From assembly GCA_040954595.2 (NCBI GenBank), contig CM082585.2, positions 3,130,902-3,194,901 on the forward strand: 64,000 nt of DNA. The letters run 5' to 3'. A program made the translations under genes and the position numbers. This document shows positions 24,774 through 36,879 of this stretch, piece after piece. A model generated the notes under the pieces. The model was not told the origin of the DNA. It ran no database searches and saw nothing but the letters and a program-made list of their open reading frames with translations. Each line of letters opens with the position of its first letter. The first letter of the stretch is position 1. The DNA comes from Balanoglossus misakiensis (Eukaryota > Animalia > Hemichordata).

Positions 24774-25112
24774 AACTGTAGCCAACGAAACATATGGAAC
24801 AAACAAATATAATGTAGCAATTACCAGTATTTCCCTTGCTTGTTGCCAAAACACCACCATATTTATGATTTCATTTAACATGTTCTTCTTGAAAATCCCA
24901 TATACACTCACAATACATCACCTGACTGACATAGCTTAACATTGGTGTCCTGTCAATACATTGCAATACACCCAAACTGATTTGGACCAAGTGTTGTGGA
25001 AAACCTGTATAATATGGGATTGCACTTGTTTGAAAGTAAGTGAATAAGTGTTAGTGTCTCTTACATGAGTGAGTGTCAGTTTTGGGTACTCTTACCTTTG
25101 ACTTCTTTTTAA

Positions 25113-25226
25113 TCAGAGAATTTGAAGGTCCCCCTTCTCTAGATCATCCAGCAATTGGTAGGAATAGACAGCCTTCACTGAATCTTTGTCATACACAATG
25201 TTGTACCACGAAGGGAAGCCTGGCAC
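25113..25226 (-). CDS. Transposase last coding exon, completing the Spindlin-type Tudor-like domain (VPGFPSWYNIVYDKDSVKAVYSYQLLDDLEKGDLQIL*)
   Basis: tatttttag acceptor, phase 0, TGA at 25115-25113; closely resembles the Spindlin repeat end ...[29 protein letters not shown]. Confidence 0.88.
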   Translation of the reverse strand: MPGFPSWYNIVYDKDSVKAVYSYQLLDDLEKGDLQIL

Positions 25227-25694
25227 CTAAAAATATAAGTGGAGTTCTCATTTAGACACAACTTCAACACAATACTTGAACTCAGTCAACCATATGACTC
25301 ACAATAATTTCGGTCCACATACAAGTTTTCTACAAGTTTAACCAGGAAGCAACTGGAACAACAAAAAAGTATTATTATATATTAGAAAATAAAACATGAG
25401 ACATTAATATATCAAGTTAAGACTTACCTATTTTTACTTGAAATATCAACTTAAATGTAGACATAAAGATACTTATACTGTCTTAACAAACAAAGTATGA
25501 TTTACTGTTACTTACCACACTTAATATATAGAATAGGTAATGTGACTGTTAAAATGCACACATTGCTTATACACTAACGACATATTACCTTATAATGTTC
25601 ATATAGGTGAAGTAATTAATGATTTTACATAACATTGCACATGTTACATGTATTACAGCATATTTGTCACTTCTAGTGCTTTGAGCAGATATAC

Positions 25695-28451
25695 CTGTGA
25701 AATTACCAGACCAGTGTAGGTAACCAATTCACCATTTTCATGGAATTTGTGGAGAATTTTTTTCCCCACCAAGGCTACCGTTTCCCCCTCCCTATTCTCC
25801 GGCAAAGGAATAGTGGCAGCCTCCTCAATCAACGTTTTCACGTTAGCAGCCAATTGTTGCCAGCTCAGTTTGGTGCGCTTGATGGGTCCAGCCTTTTCAC
25901 TGAAGTTAAAGATGGCCTTGTTGTCCGACTCCTGCTGCAGCACGTTTTTTCGGAAGCGTAGTTCAGCTTTCAAGGCATTCTCTTTTTCTTTAACAGATGA
26001 CATCGTTTCCAGCATAACATCCACCTGAGCAACCGTCTGCCACAGTCCGTACTCGATCATGTCGGTGGTGTTTCTTTCCAACTCAGCTAATTTTTTCTGC
26101 CGCCTTGCCACGGTTATCCTTCGCGCCTCCTCCAGCTGTTCCCTTTTTCGTTGATCGATTGCCTCCCGCCGCCTAATGAACTGTTGACGTAGAGAAGATA
26201 CACCTCGCCTAGCAGCTGCCACGAGTTTCCTACATGTAGAATCATCCTGGGCTAGCAACCACTGCTCAGTTTTGTTCATAGTGAACATGGTGTAAGCCTC
26301 AGTTGCTAGCACAGAGATGTTAGGTTTAAACCGTAACAGCTGGTCTAGGTAGGCGAACAAGCGCTCAACATATTTGTTGTGCTTGTCAACACTCCTGGTT
26401 TGTTCCAGTAACTCTGGTGTGATATCCAACAAGTTACCTCCTGGCAGCTGGTCAGCGAATTCTTTCTGTACAAGCTTGGCCAATGCTGGCAGGAGGGTCC
26501 CCAGGATGGCACAGGTTAGGCTGTCTGTTGCTTGGGAGGATGTGACTAGGGAGTCGTAAACTTTATCCTTCTTGATAGGAACATCCTTGAACGGAGACAT
26601 TTTTCCAGCAATGAAGTCATCCGTATTCAAAGCTGCATCCCTCAAGAAGGTTAATAGCTGGAGGTAATAATGGTTCATCTCAAGAACATGAATGTTGGGG
26701 TCCTCGAGTAAGCGCCAAAGTGGTGTTGTCACAAACTTTGAAATAAAACCTAGGGCCCTGCAACCTGCAACAAAAAATGTGTTTTCAAGAAGTGTGAGAA
26801 GTGTGTTTGTCAGTTGGTTGCGGTCCTGTAACTGAAGGAAAGTTACCATATGTGAGTGCAAAAAGTAAACATGCCCAGCATTGGCAAACAAAATATTAAA
26901 ACGGTTCCCCCTATAGGGAACCAAGGGAATAGAGCGGAGATTGTTGTCTTTAAGGAAGTCGGTCATAAAGGTTTTGAATGGCTGATAACAACCTGCACGT
27001 TCGTCAGCTCCCCGGGCAAATGCCTTACACGCAAGCCTTACCAAGGCCAAGGTTCCCGGTTCGCCACGATGACCATAATCAGTTGTTGTCTTTGTCGTTT
27101 GGTCAATGTAGTCAGTCTCCAGTTGTGTAAATATAGATTTGGCCGTCTCGGCCATGTGAACTAAGGTGTGAAGACCACAAAAAAAATTAAGTAAAGAATG
27201 AACAGGTGGTTTGTCGTGTGTTGTGAGCTGTGTGTAGTTGGCGCGAAGGTTTGGCAGAATCTCCTGGCGATGAACCTCCAGTAGCTGGTTGAATTTGCGC
27301 TCTGTGGCAGCACGGTCGCTCATGGTGTTTGAAATGCCGGCGAGAATAGCCTTGGCAGCATCACTAGTGGTGACCTCTGACCGAGACTTGATGTCATCCA
27401 AAATCACAAGGAGAGTATCCAGAGTGTCCTTCGCTGACTTTGTTGGCATCTCACGCAAGCCAAGGCAAAAGTACGACCCCTCCATGTCGCGGCCAGCAAA
27501 TGCCCCATACTTACTGCCGAACTTGCTGGTCTCGTCCGTGTGCAGGGTGGTATGTTGCTTGCTGGCGTATACTGTGGCTAGCTGATGTTGTGCCAGCCAC
27601 AGTCGCTGCAGGTTGAGGTTGTCCACTGTTGATGGTGATGGCAGACGATTTGCTGTTTTCTGGACCGGACGAAGACACGCAGTAATGACTGGACCAATAT
27701 GGCTGCTCGCTACGTGGTTTTGCAGAAGGGTATAAATGCAAAGCTGGGCATCTTGGGTGTATTTCTGCGTGTCTTCGTCGTACAAGTGGACAACCTCACC
27801 TGACAGCTCTTCTACCTTGACTTGCAGCTCTTGATTTTCATGGCGAAGGTTGCGTACTTGTTGTTGTAAACTCTGGATCCGCTCCTTGTGACTTGGTTGC
27901 TGTGGCTGTGACATCGTTTGACACTTGCCGCGCCAATACTCCTCCCGGTCAGAGGTTCGCTTTAGCTTCTTGGTCCGGTGCTGCAGCTCGGCCTTGGTGG
28001 AATGAAGCCGGTCTTCAACCTCTTCTAACTTGGTGTTGAGGCTGTCCATCTCGTTCACATGCTCACGGAGCTGGCTAGACAACTGACTGCTTTTGTTGGC
28101 CATATCTCTCTGAAGTTCAGTGAGTTCCTTGGCGAGACTGTCAGTGACCTCTTTATAGGTTGCTGCCATATTGGGTGGTGGTACGGGTGGACGTCGAGCA
28201 GCTTGGGTGGATGTTGCTTGTGGAAATGTGAATTCCTCATCCATGAAGGCATCCAGTAGCAGCTGACCACCTTGCCGATGCTTGCTTTTGTTGAGCTTTC
28301 GGTATTTTTCAATAACTCTCGTTAGCGAACGTTGGTAGGCTTTGAAAGGAATTTCGGGGTGGCCATGGACAAAAACTAAATGCTGAGCACAAGCTGTGCG
28401 ACCACGGTCAGAAAATAAACCAACTATGATCTTGTTTGTGATCTTTTCCAT
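25695..28451 (-). CDS. hAT-like DDE transposase, main coding exon (919 codons): coiled coil, RNase H-like core, first half of a Spin/Ssty domain
   Basis: Uninterrupted ORF; motifs TLHTDETSK (D), TMSDRAAT (D), FFCGLH (CxxH), GNRFN, HNKYVERLF (E); cag acceptor 3 nt before the ATG; CAG|GTATAT donor at 25695. Confidence 0.85.
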
Positions 28452-30163
28452 ATTCTGGAATGCAAATGAAATTGGTTGACTAGTGTAATCTGAAATTGTT
28501 AACATGAATACCTACCTGGCTGGTGCCTTATTATGGACAACAGCACTTCTCATCTGCATGGCCAACTGGCAGAGCCAATGTATCCCCCCCCCAACAATGA
28601 CAACAGCACTAACATTAGTAACAACTGGTTTATAATATAGGCAAATTTTACATGCAAACATTTATTACTTACCCACTATTACTGGTGACCAAACTTATAT
28701 CTTACATCACATATTCATACAACTTACCCTAATTTTCTGGGACTGTTGCACTATTTTCTTTTCTGCGACTTCTGCACTCCTTTATTCTCTGTGACTAGTG
28801 TTGAACACCTGCAATGGTAATTATAAACTTTCATTTAATTGTAATAGCCATTAAATATACTCTTGTGTATATTTAATGGCGATTCATGTACACGTTGCTA
28901 CGTTACCTCTTTTGTTTCCCAACAAAAGAAAGTGTTGTACCGTCAACAATGAAGAGAACAACGCGTATGCCCTGAAATTGACTCACTTCCGCCTTTCTAA
29001 AAACGCGTTGCGCTAGTTTGCGCTACACTTTGGACGATATGTAGGGCTCGGAAACGCTAGAATTTTGTATATACTTTGAAGAGCGCGTTGGTTCAGGTAC
29101 GCCCCACTTCATTTACATGCCGAAAACGGCGAAATTAGCAAATTTTTCCATTTTTCGATAAAATTCGCCTCACCTTTTCAATACACGTGTTACCTCTCTT
29201 GTAGACAAGATGAAGAATGACACATGGTTTCAAATTTCAGGACAATACGCGTGCGCGATTTTTCAAAAACGGAAAAATTCTAGAGCGTGTCGGTCGCTAG
29301 CTGGCGTCCTTGTGAACGAGAATCGTTCAAATTGTCCGCGAATTTACGCCAAATCGCGTACTCCAAAATATTAACCAACAACAGGAGGTGGAAGTACATG
29401 AACTTGTCTTTGACTATTGCGTTTCAGACCACTGAACTCCGCCGCGATCACCTTTTGATGACAAAACCATTTTGGGTCGCAACCCCATGGTGTGGAATAG
29501 GAAGGTCCGACCTTTGGGATCTCTAGTATCAATGTATTGTGTATTGACGGCAACATCAGACGCCGTCCACTCACAATTCCAGAAAAAAAACTCGAGTTAC
29601 GGTTCTGCTGCTTCATGGCAGTCCAAAGAAGGGGGGACTCGTAATTTGCATGCATGTGAGTAAAACTCTGTAGTAAAGACAGTGATAGCCCTTCGCACAG
29701 GTCTGTGTTCCAGGAGTTACACGGGGGTAAGACAGCGAGTAATATAATGGCGAAGTAAGCCCCTGATATTGGCCCTTAAATAAACATCCCACATCTTTCT
29801 ATGTTTCTCCTTGTGTTGACCAATAAGGCGGGTACGTTCACACCTGTTGTTATAATCCAGCAAACAGGCCGGCCAGGTTTGGCATGTTCCTTGTGAAATT
29901 CCTCCAACACCTCTTCAGGCCTTAAATATTATGATAGCTCCCTTAGAGTTAGACAGCTTCAAGTTGTGATTATAATGGTGGGCCTGTAATTCCCCAATGT
30001 TATAATTGTCCAGACTTGGACAATTTACACCGCTATCAATATTCAACTTGCAAGTAAGCTTATGTTAATGCGAGGAAACATCTGGTATAATACCAGGTTT
30101 ATTTGAAATAATGAAATTTGTTATTTATCATCCTTGGTGTCATTTCATTATTTATTTTTAGAA

Positions 30164-33100
30164 ATGTGGGAATACCATTCCTCAAAGTTCAGGTCAATCC
30201 GGCTCCAGCGAACCGAGGAAAGCTGTAAGGTATGTTAATTTTGAAATACAATTTAGAATTTACAAACAATTAATATTTAGTTTGGGGTTTAATATTACCG
30301 ATAACCAAGAAGTGTATAACAATTTTACCGAGGTCAGCTTTCTGTTGGAACAGATTTCTGAATGTCACTGACTAGATGCAAAATCCCAATTATGCTGACT
30401 ACATTAGGAAAACCCATGGAGGTACTCTCTAGTACCTCCATGGGAAAACCCTCTGCAGTAACTCTGTAGCTAGATAGTGATTAACATAACAATGACAAAG
30501 TGTGGCTGATATTTTCACTCCAATAAACAACAAACATCTTTCTATACAATTTTGTGTTAAGTGTGTTAACCAAGACGTTCACACTTTGGTTATAATCCCC
30601 CAAATGGCAGATTTCCACTGCCGTTTGGGGGATTACTACCTACAACTACAATGTCTGTGCAGGCCTAGTTTGGCATGTATGCAAAATCCCAATTATGCTG
30701 ACAATGCAAAATTCCAATTCTGAATGAAGGAATTCTACAAGCGTGAATACGCAGTTGCCAGATTTGACTATCTGTAAGTTGAACTGAGAAATGGAATGTT
30801 GCATTGTGAAATCGAATTGTTGCACTGAAAAATGGAATGTTGAATTATGAATTCGAGTTTTGAACTGAGAAATGAAATGATGAATAGAAATACGAATAGC
30901 AAAATGAGGAGTTGTAAGCTTGTCATGGATTTGACACCATAGACTGCCAACACTCCCTTGAACAATGCTGCATAGACTTCTCAATTGATACACGCATGGC
31001 AACCAGCAATTAGCCAGCATTTTTCTAAAATGGGTCAAAAACTGATTCCTCGAATTGCCAAAGTACCATATCATGTGACCTAGCATACATAAGGGATTTG
31101 TACTATGCACCATCCTGTTCCCCCATATCAGTGTTTCAAAATATAAACTTTAAGCATTTAGGACTTTGATAATTGACACCATGCTGCAATTCCTGAAAGT
31201 GTCTTTTATAATCCTAAATGAATGTATTCTTCCTATTTTATTTACAGAGAATTAGGCAGAGACAGAGTGCTCTACACAGAATAGGAGCAAGGGAAGGAAG
31301 AGTGACAGCATTGCGATGCATGGTAAGTGATTTACAACAATTGTTGAAAACCTGAAACTGAATTGTCTTTTCATTTGTAACCCAGAAATAGCCAAACACA
31401 TTTTGTTCACACATGGCACAAGGACTATGTGCTATTAAAGGTATCACAGATTCTCAGTGGGTGGCACACACGAAAAAAGAGCGCCACCATATGTTCTTTA
31501 GAACACTCAAATACGCCATTTCGGCCATATATGGGTGTATGTAAATTGGAGGTGACTATATACCTTTAAAGCTACCATATGAATAATTGATTTTTATCTC
31601 CACTTGGAGCTTGTTGATCACCAGTAGGCTGATTGTGTGTCCTCCTATGTCTGTCATCCTGCATGTTCATGCTAGTTGTTAGTTCAATTCCATTCCATTG
31701 CAGTATTTCCTTTGCGTACTTCAATATGCATTCAGAATTTACCACTGGGCAAAAAGGTTGATATACATTCAGTATTTTTACGTATATGGACACGTAGATC
31801 AGGAATATGCGCAAGTATACAATAGTCTGCACAGTTGTACATCTACAATTTGCACCACGTATATGTGACGTATATTCACGTATATGGAACATACCAATGT
31901 GTTAGTATACGTGCACGTATATCTATGAAGATCACGGGTGTGCACAACGCAGACCAATGCAGATCAAGTGCACACCATAAACATTCCAACGTATTTGTAC
32001 ACATTCTCAGTGCATATCTTCCTTGCTATTTGCATGACTGTGTTATTAGCATACGTTACATCATCATCACAGACATTAACATTTGCATAGTTGAGTTCAC
32101 GTTTCTTGTATTTTTACGTATATTTAACACAGACCCTTTCAGAAATTACCATACATTATGTCATCATCGTTGGCAAATATTTGCAAAAAAATTTGGGGGT
32201 CATATCCTTCAGGGTCAGGATTTGACCTTTCCTTCTTGTTCACCTTTCATTTGAGCTTTTATTGCTGTAAATTTGTTACTTTTTATCTGCTTTGAGATGC
32301 AACTGCACTTCAAAGCAGATAAATAACAACAAATCGGTATCACATTTCAGGCCGATACACTTTCTTTCATCATGCATCAATAAAAAACTGCTCACATAAT
32401 GAAATTCACGTAAAAGGCAATTTTATTTAAAATCATATAAAATGATTAAAGACAGTACATGGACAAAGAACAAAATGTTTTGTTTTTTAAATGCACACCT
32501 AAAATAATACTCAAAGTCTAGCTTCATTTAGTAACTCCAAAATACCATGAAACTTTATTTCATGATAATCTGACATCATCAGATCGCCTGCTTGCACCAT
32601 TTTATCCTATTATGATTTGTCTTCAAAACCATCATCTTGCCATGACTCTGTAGAAGAAAAAAAGAAAGAACGTATTTAGTTTGGTCATCTCAAGCACTTA
32701 TCTTTGACTGTGGTGTCTATGAGCTGCAACTTTGGCGAATTCTGAACCCACTGGCACAGTTTATATAGAGTGGGCTGTAAACACCTTCACCTTGAACACA
32801 GTGAAACGTCAGCCTGTTCTGTTTTTACCTTTGTCGCCAACATGACAGTGCACTGTTTATAATCAACGTCCCCATTGTTTTTATATTATGGGTGAAAATG
32901 TCTCATTTGCATTCAACAAATTGGGCCATGGGAAATGTCTTCACACCTTCCACACCTGTTTACTTTGTTATCTGTCATGTTGACAAAAAAGCATACAGAT
33001 TCAATGTGCTGTTATCGCAACCAAGGTGAAATAGTTATGACTGAATAGTTGCTCTCTATCACGCGTAAGAGCATGGTTAGAGCTAACTGCAGTAACTGTA

Positions 33101-36100
33101 GCGTTTTCCGCCTTCTTTTGGCATTTTGACGGCCTAGTATCCAAGCTCAGTAGCTGCTAAAATATCTGAACGTCAGCTATTCTGGCAATCCAGCAATCCC
33201 GCGCTTATATGCATCTTGTCAACCATGAAACACCAAGCTGTAGCGCACACATGGAAATCAACCCAGTTTGTTTACCTTTTGTTTTAGCTAATCCTCAAGG
33301 CCTTTGATCTTGGCCGATGTTCCGCGTCTTTTTTCTCTACAGGTTATGCTCAATGTTATAAATCTTCACATACTACACCAAATTGAATGAACAGTCTAAG
33401 AATAAAAGAGATATACTTACTCGTTGGTTGTATCAGATGAATCTTCTATGGTTACATAAAGCTGAGTGCTTTACCTGCCGCTGCAAAGTAAAACAAGGGA
33501 CATTTGAGATAAAAATACAAATGCTTGGTGGAAATGTCAAATTGTCAATCAAAACCTGTTTCTACATAGACATGCTTGATGCACTAATGCAAACGGCAGA
33601 AATAAAACAACGAGTAGAAATAGTGTCAAAACACAGACACATGGGTGGGGTGGATATGGACAAGACCAAAACACGATGTATGTTTAAACTTACAAAAATC
33701 ATACGATCCGGTCTTCCTTTGTTGGTGCATAGATTACCACCGCCGCATGTCGATTTTCCCTCAAAGACTTCTGTTCTGCGTCCAGACTATCAAGTTTCTG
33801 TGACAACTCTTCTTTTGCTTTGTCTGGTGTTGAAACTAACTTATGTACACGGTTGACGGTGTTCAGTGACTGCCAGCTAGCGGTGCTGGTGTTTCTATGT
33901 ACCGGAGGTGGACGTCGTAAAACGTCGTAAAACAACCAGCGTTTTGCGACATAAAGTGGCCGCAGAAGTGCGACCCAGATCTTTCATCAAACGTTTGAAA
34001 GCGTTTGCTTTTAAAAACGGGTGGTCCAAATAATCCTAATAATTAGCATGAATATACGTACATATACATGGACGTATACTGTAAGCACACTATTCGGTAG
34101 AAAATAACTACAAATACGTAGATCTGCAGAACGTATATGTAAGAGAACGTGTACATGATGGTTACTTCACGTATTTGTACACATATCTAGCAGCTAGCAT
34201 TTGTTACGTAAATGCACGTATATGAAACGTATATGTCAAATATACAAATTTAGTAGTTTTACGTATATTGTCATATATCAATCATTTTGCCCAGTGTACT
34301 TTGCATAAATGTAACAAAATTGGGTAGGCAATTGAAAACCTGAATAGAACACCACTGTACCGGTACATTATTACAAAGTTTAATCTGCCATGTCATGTTG
34401 CCTGAGTGAAAATTCTAACATTTCTATGCATTTCTGCATTATTTTTATCTTATAAGCCTCGCTGAATACAATTTGCAAATTTGCACTGGTGGTGTATGCG
34501 TCCTTCATTATCTTTGTGTAATTTTGGTCAAACATTGTGAAATACGCAGGATTTTGCATAAACAAAGGCCAGATGATAGGTCTACATCTTTATGCCATGG
34601 CAATGTAACTGTAGCCATATTGTACAGACTTTATGTATCAAATCATTTGTTGTCTTACTGATGTTTTCTGTCCCAGTTTTTAAGCATTGTTCAATTAGAT
34701 ACTGCAATGATGGAAACAAATGAATTTGTGCTACATTCTGGCAATGGGGATATAGCTAATACTAATATGAATTTATGAGCGCCAGAGAAGGCTATCTGTG
34801 ACATGGGTGTACTGTATGACCGTGTTGCACATATTCATGGGCATTTAAATACATAACAGCGCCCTCTAGCGGTTGGATATGTAGATGTCAAATTCGAACT
34901 ACCTATAGGCTCACGAGCATCAACAGTTCAAGCAACATAAAGAAAATATTGGTATTTTTGTCGGAAAATTTGCATATTTATAATTTTCGAGTAAATTACA
35001 TATTTATCCCCTGAAACTAATAACACAAGTATTATGGTACTAGTTATTGGACTTCATTTACTCTGACTTTGATCAACAATTTTAAAGTAATATTTTGTCC
35101 ATTTGTAAGTCCATTTGCAACTTGGATCAACTATTTGTGGTCCTTTAAAAATGTGCTTATCTTTGGTTTAATAATGTACGTTGATCCATCATTCTGACCC
35201 CTTAACTTTAAAGTGCTACAATTCAATGCAAAATTTCAATATGTGCAAGATCTGTATTTGGTATAGAGGTACTAGGTGCATTATCACTTATCAGTTGTAT
35301 TTTTACTTTCCAGCTCTATGAGGTTTACTGGCGTTACTGGCTACTGATCGCAGTTGCTGTTTTAGCAGTGGTGTGTTGTGTTTTCGTAAGTATGGGCACA
35401 TTAAACATTTATGGCAATTTTATGTATGTATGTATTTGTGTGTGTATGCATGTATGTATTTGTGTGTGTGTGTATGTATGTATTTATGTATGTATGTATG
35501 TATGTATGTATGTATGTATGTATGTATGTATGTATGTATGTATGTATGTATGTATGTATGTATGTATGTATGTATGTATGTACTATTTAAGTATGTATGT
35601 ATGTATTTATGTATGTATGCATGGATGGATGGATGGATGGATGGATGGATGGATGGATGGATGGATGGATGGATGGATGGATGGATCTTGTGTGGTGCAC
35701 CTGACTTTGACAGTACCTGTGTGCAAACGTTGGAGGCATTTATCTTGGGCATGGCTGGACAGAAATTTGTGCAAGACGGCAGCCCATACTTGACCCTTTC
35801 CTTTTAGCTGGTACAGCCATCAGTGGGAATGGGTCAGGGGAGCAGGCCAGGAAGCATTGTTTCTACAGGCAATAATTTACACTTCTTTTGTTTTTTTTCC
35901 TCAGGTTCTGCACAAGAGTCAACACACCAAAGATAAGTTCACGATAGAAGAAGTAACAGAGATCTTTTGCAGCCGTAAAATGCTTCTTCTTAAGCAACAA
36001 GCACGATTAAAAATCCAATTAGATTGGATTGAACAGAATGAGGCCATGTTGATGGATTTCACGAAATTGGCGCAAACGTTTGAAACACTCCAGCAGGAGA

Positions 36101-36845
36101 CAAGGTAGGTGTGGCGTACACTTGGATATATTTGTAAAGTTGAATATACGGTCAGTACATGATATCCTACAGTGGCACTTCTCTGCCAACAAAAATTAAG
36201 CGGTCTGATTATGTGGTATGTACTCTAATATTGCAGTCACATTTGGGCCATCCCAACCGGAAAAGGGGTCTTATGGTCATAAGTATCACGCACCCATAAG
36301 ACCCCTTTCTGCTAGGGATGGCCCATTTTATATTTTGCAGGACACAATTTTCATTTCAATCAGAGCGCACTCATAACATTTGCACATTGTACATTTGGAA
36401 ACTCAAGACAGTATTGTAGTCATCATGTACTGCATGACTGGTCAGCCCAGCCTCAAGCAGTTAAAAAATAATGTACACTCGAAAGGAAAATGGTCTTAAA
36501 GTTTTTGTGCCAACCGAAATGAAACGGTCTAATTATGTGGTTGTAATTTTGTCAACAATCACTAATTGTAAAAAAGGAATAAAAGGTATATGGCCACCTA
36601 AAGAAATTAGCTACAGTTACCACTAGATCTAGCTAATCATGGATTTTCAGTTGGTGGCACACGTGAAAAAAGAGCGCCACCATACGTTCTTTAGAACCCT
36701 CAAATACGACATTTCAGCCATATATGGGTGTATTTAAATTGGAGGTGAATGTATACCTTTAAAGCAGTGAAAATGCTCCGAGTGCGTTGACAGAGTTGTA
36801 TCACCCAGGAAAATACAGATGAAGTTGTCAAAATGCCCCTAATGA

Positions 36846-36879
<34 letters not shown>

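Larger units (their letters stand above)
23128..29317 (-). mobile_element. Putative full-length DNA transposon carrying the transposase-Spindlin gene; ends tentative
   Basis: Short imperfect inverted termini gttcacgaagga (23128) and tccttgtgaac (ends 29317) bracket the gene; no TSD seen. Confidence 0.4.

Noticed and set aside
25653-25694. C-terminus VYLLKALEVTNML of the 950-aa ORF
   Set aside because: It is read-through into an intron; the CAG|GTATAT donor and the in-frame downstream exon complete a recognisable domain.
28452-28505. N-terminal extension MLTISDYTSQPISFAFQN of the long ORF
   Set aside because: It overlaps a polypyrimidine tract and cag acceptor (28455-28475); the ATG at 28451 is the more likely start.
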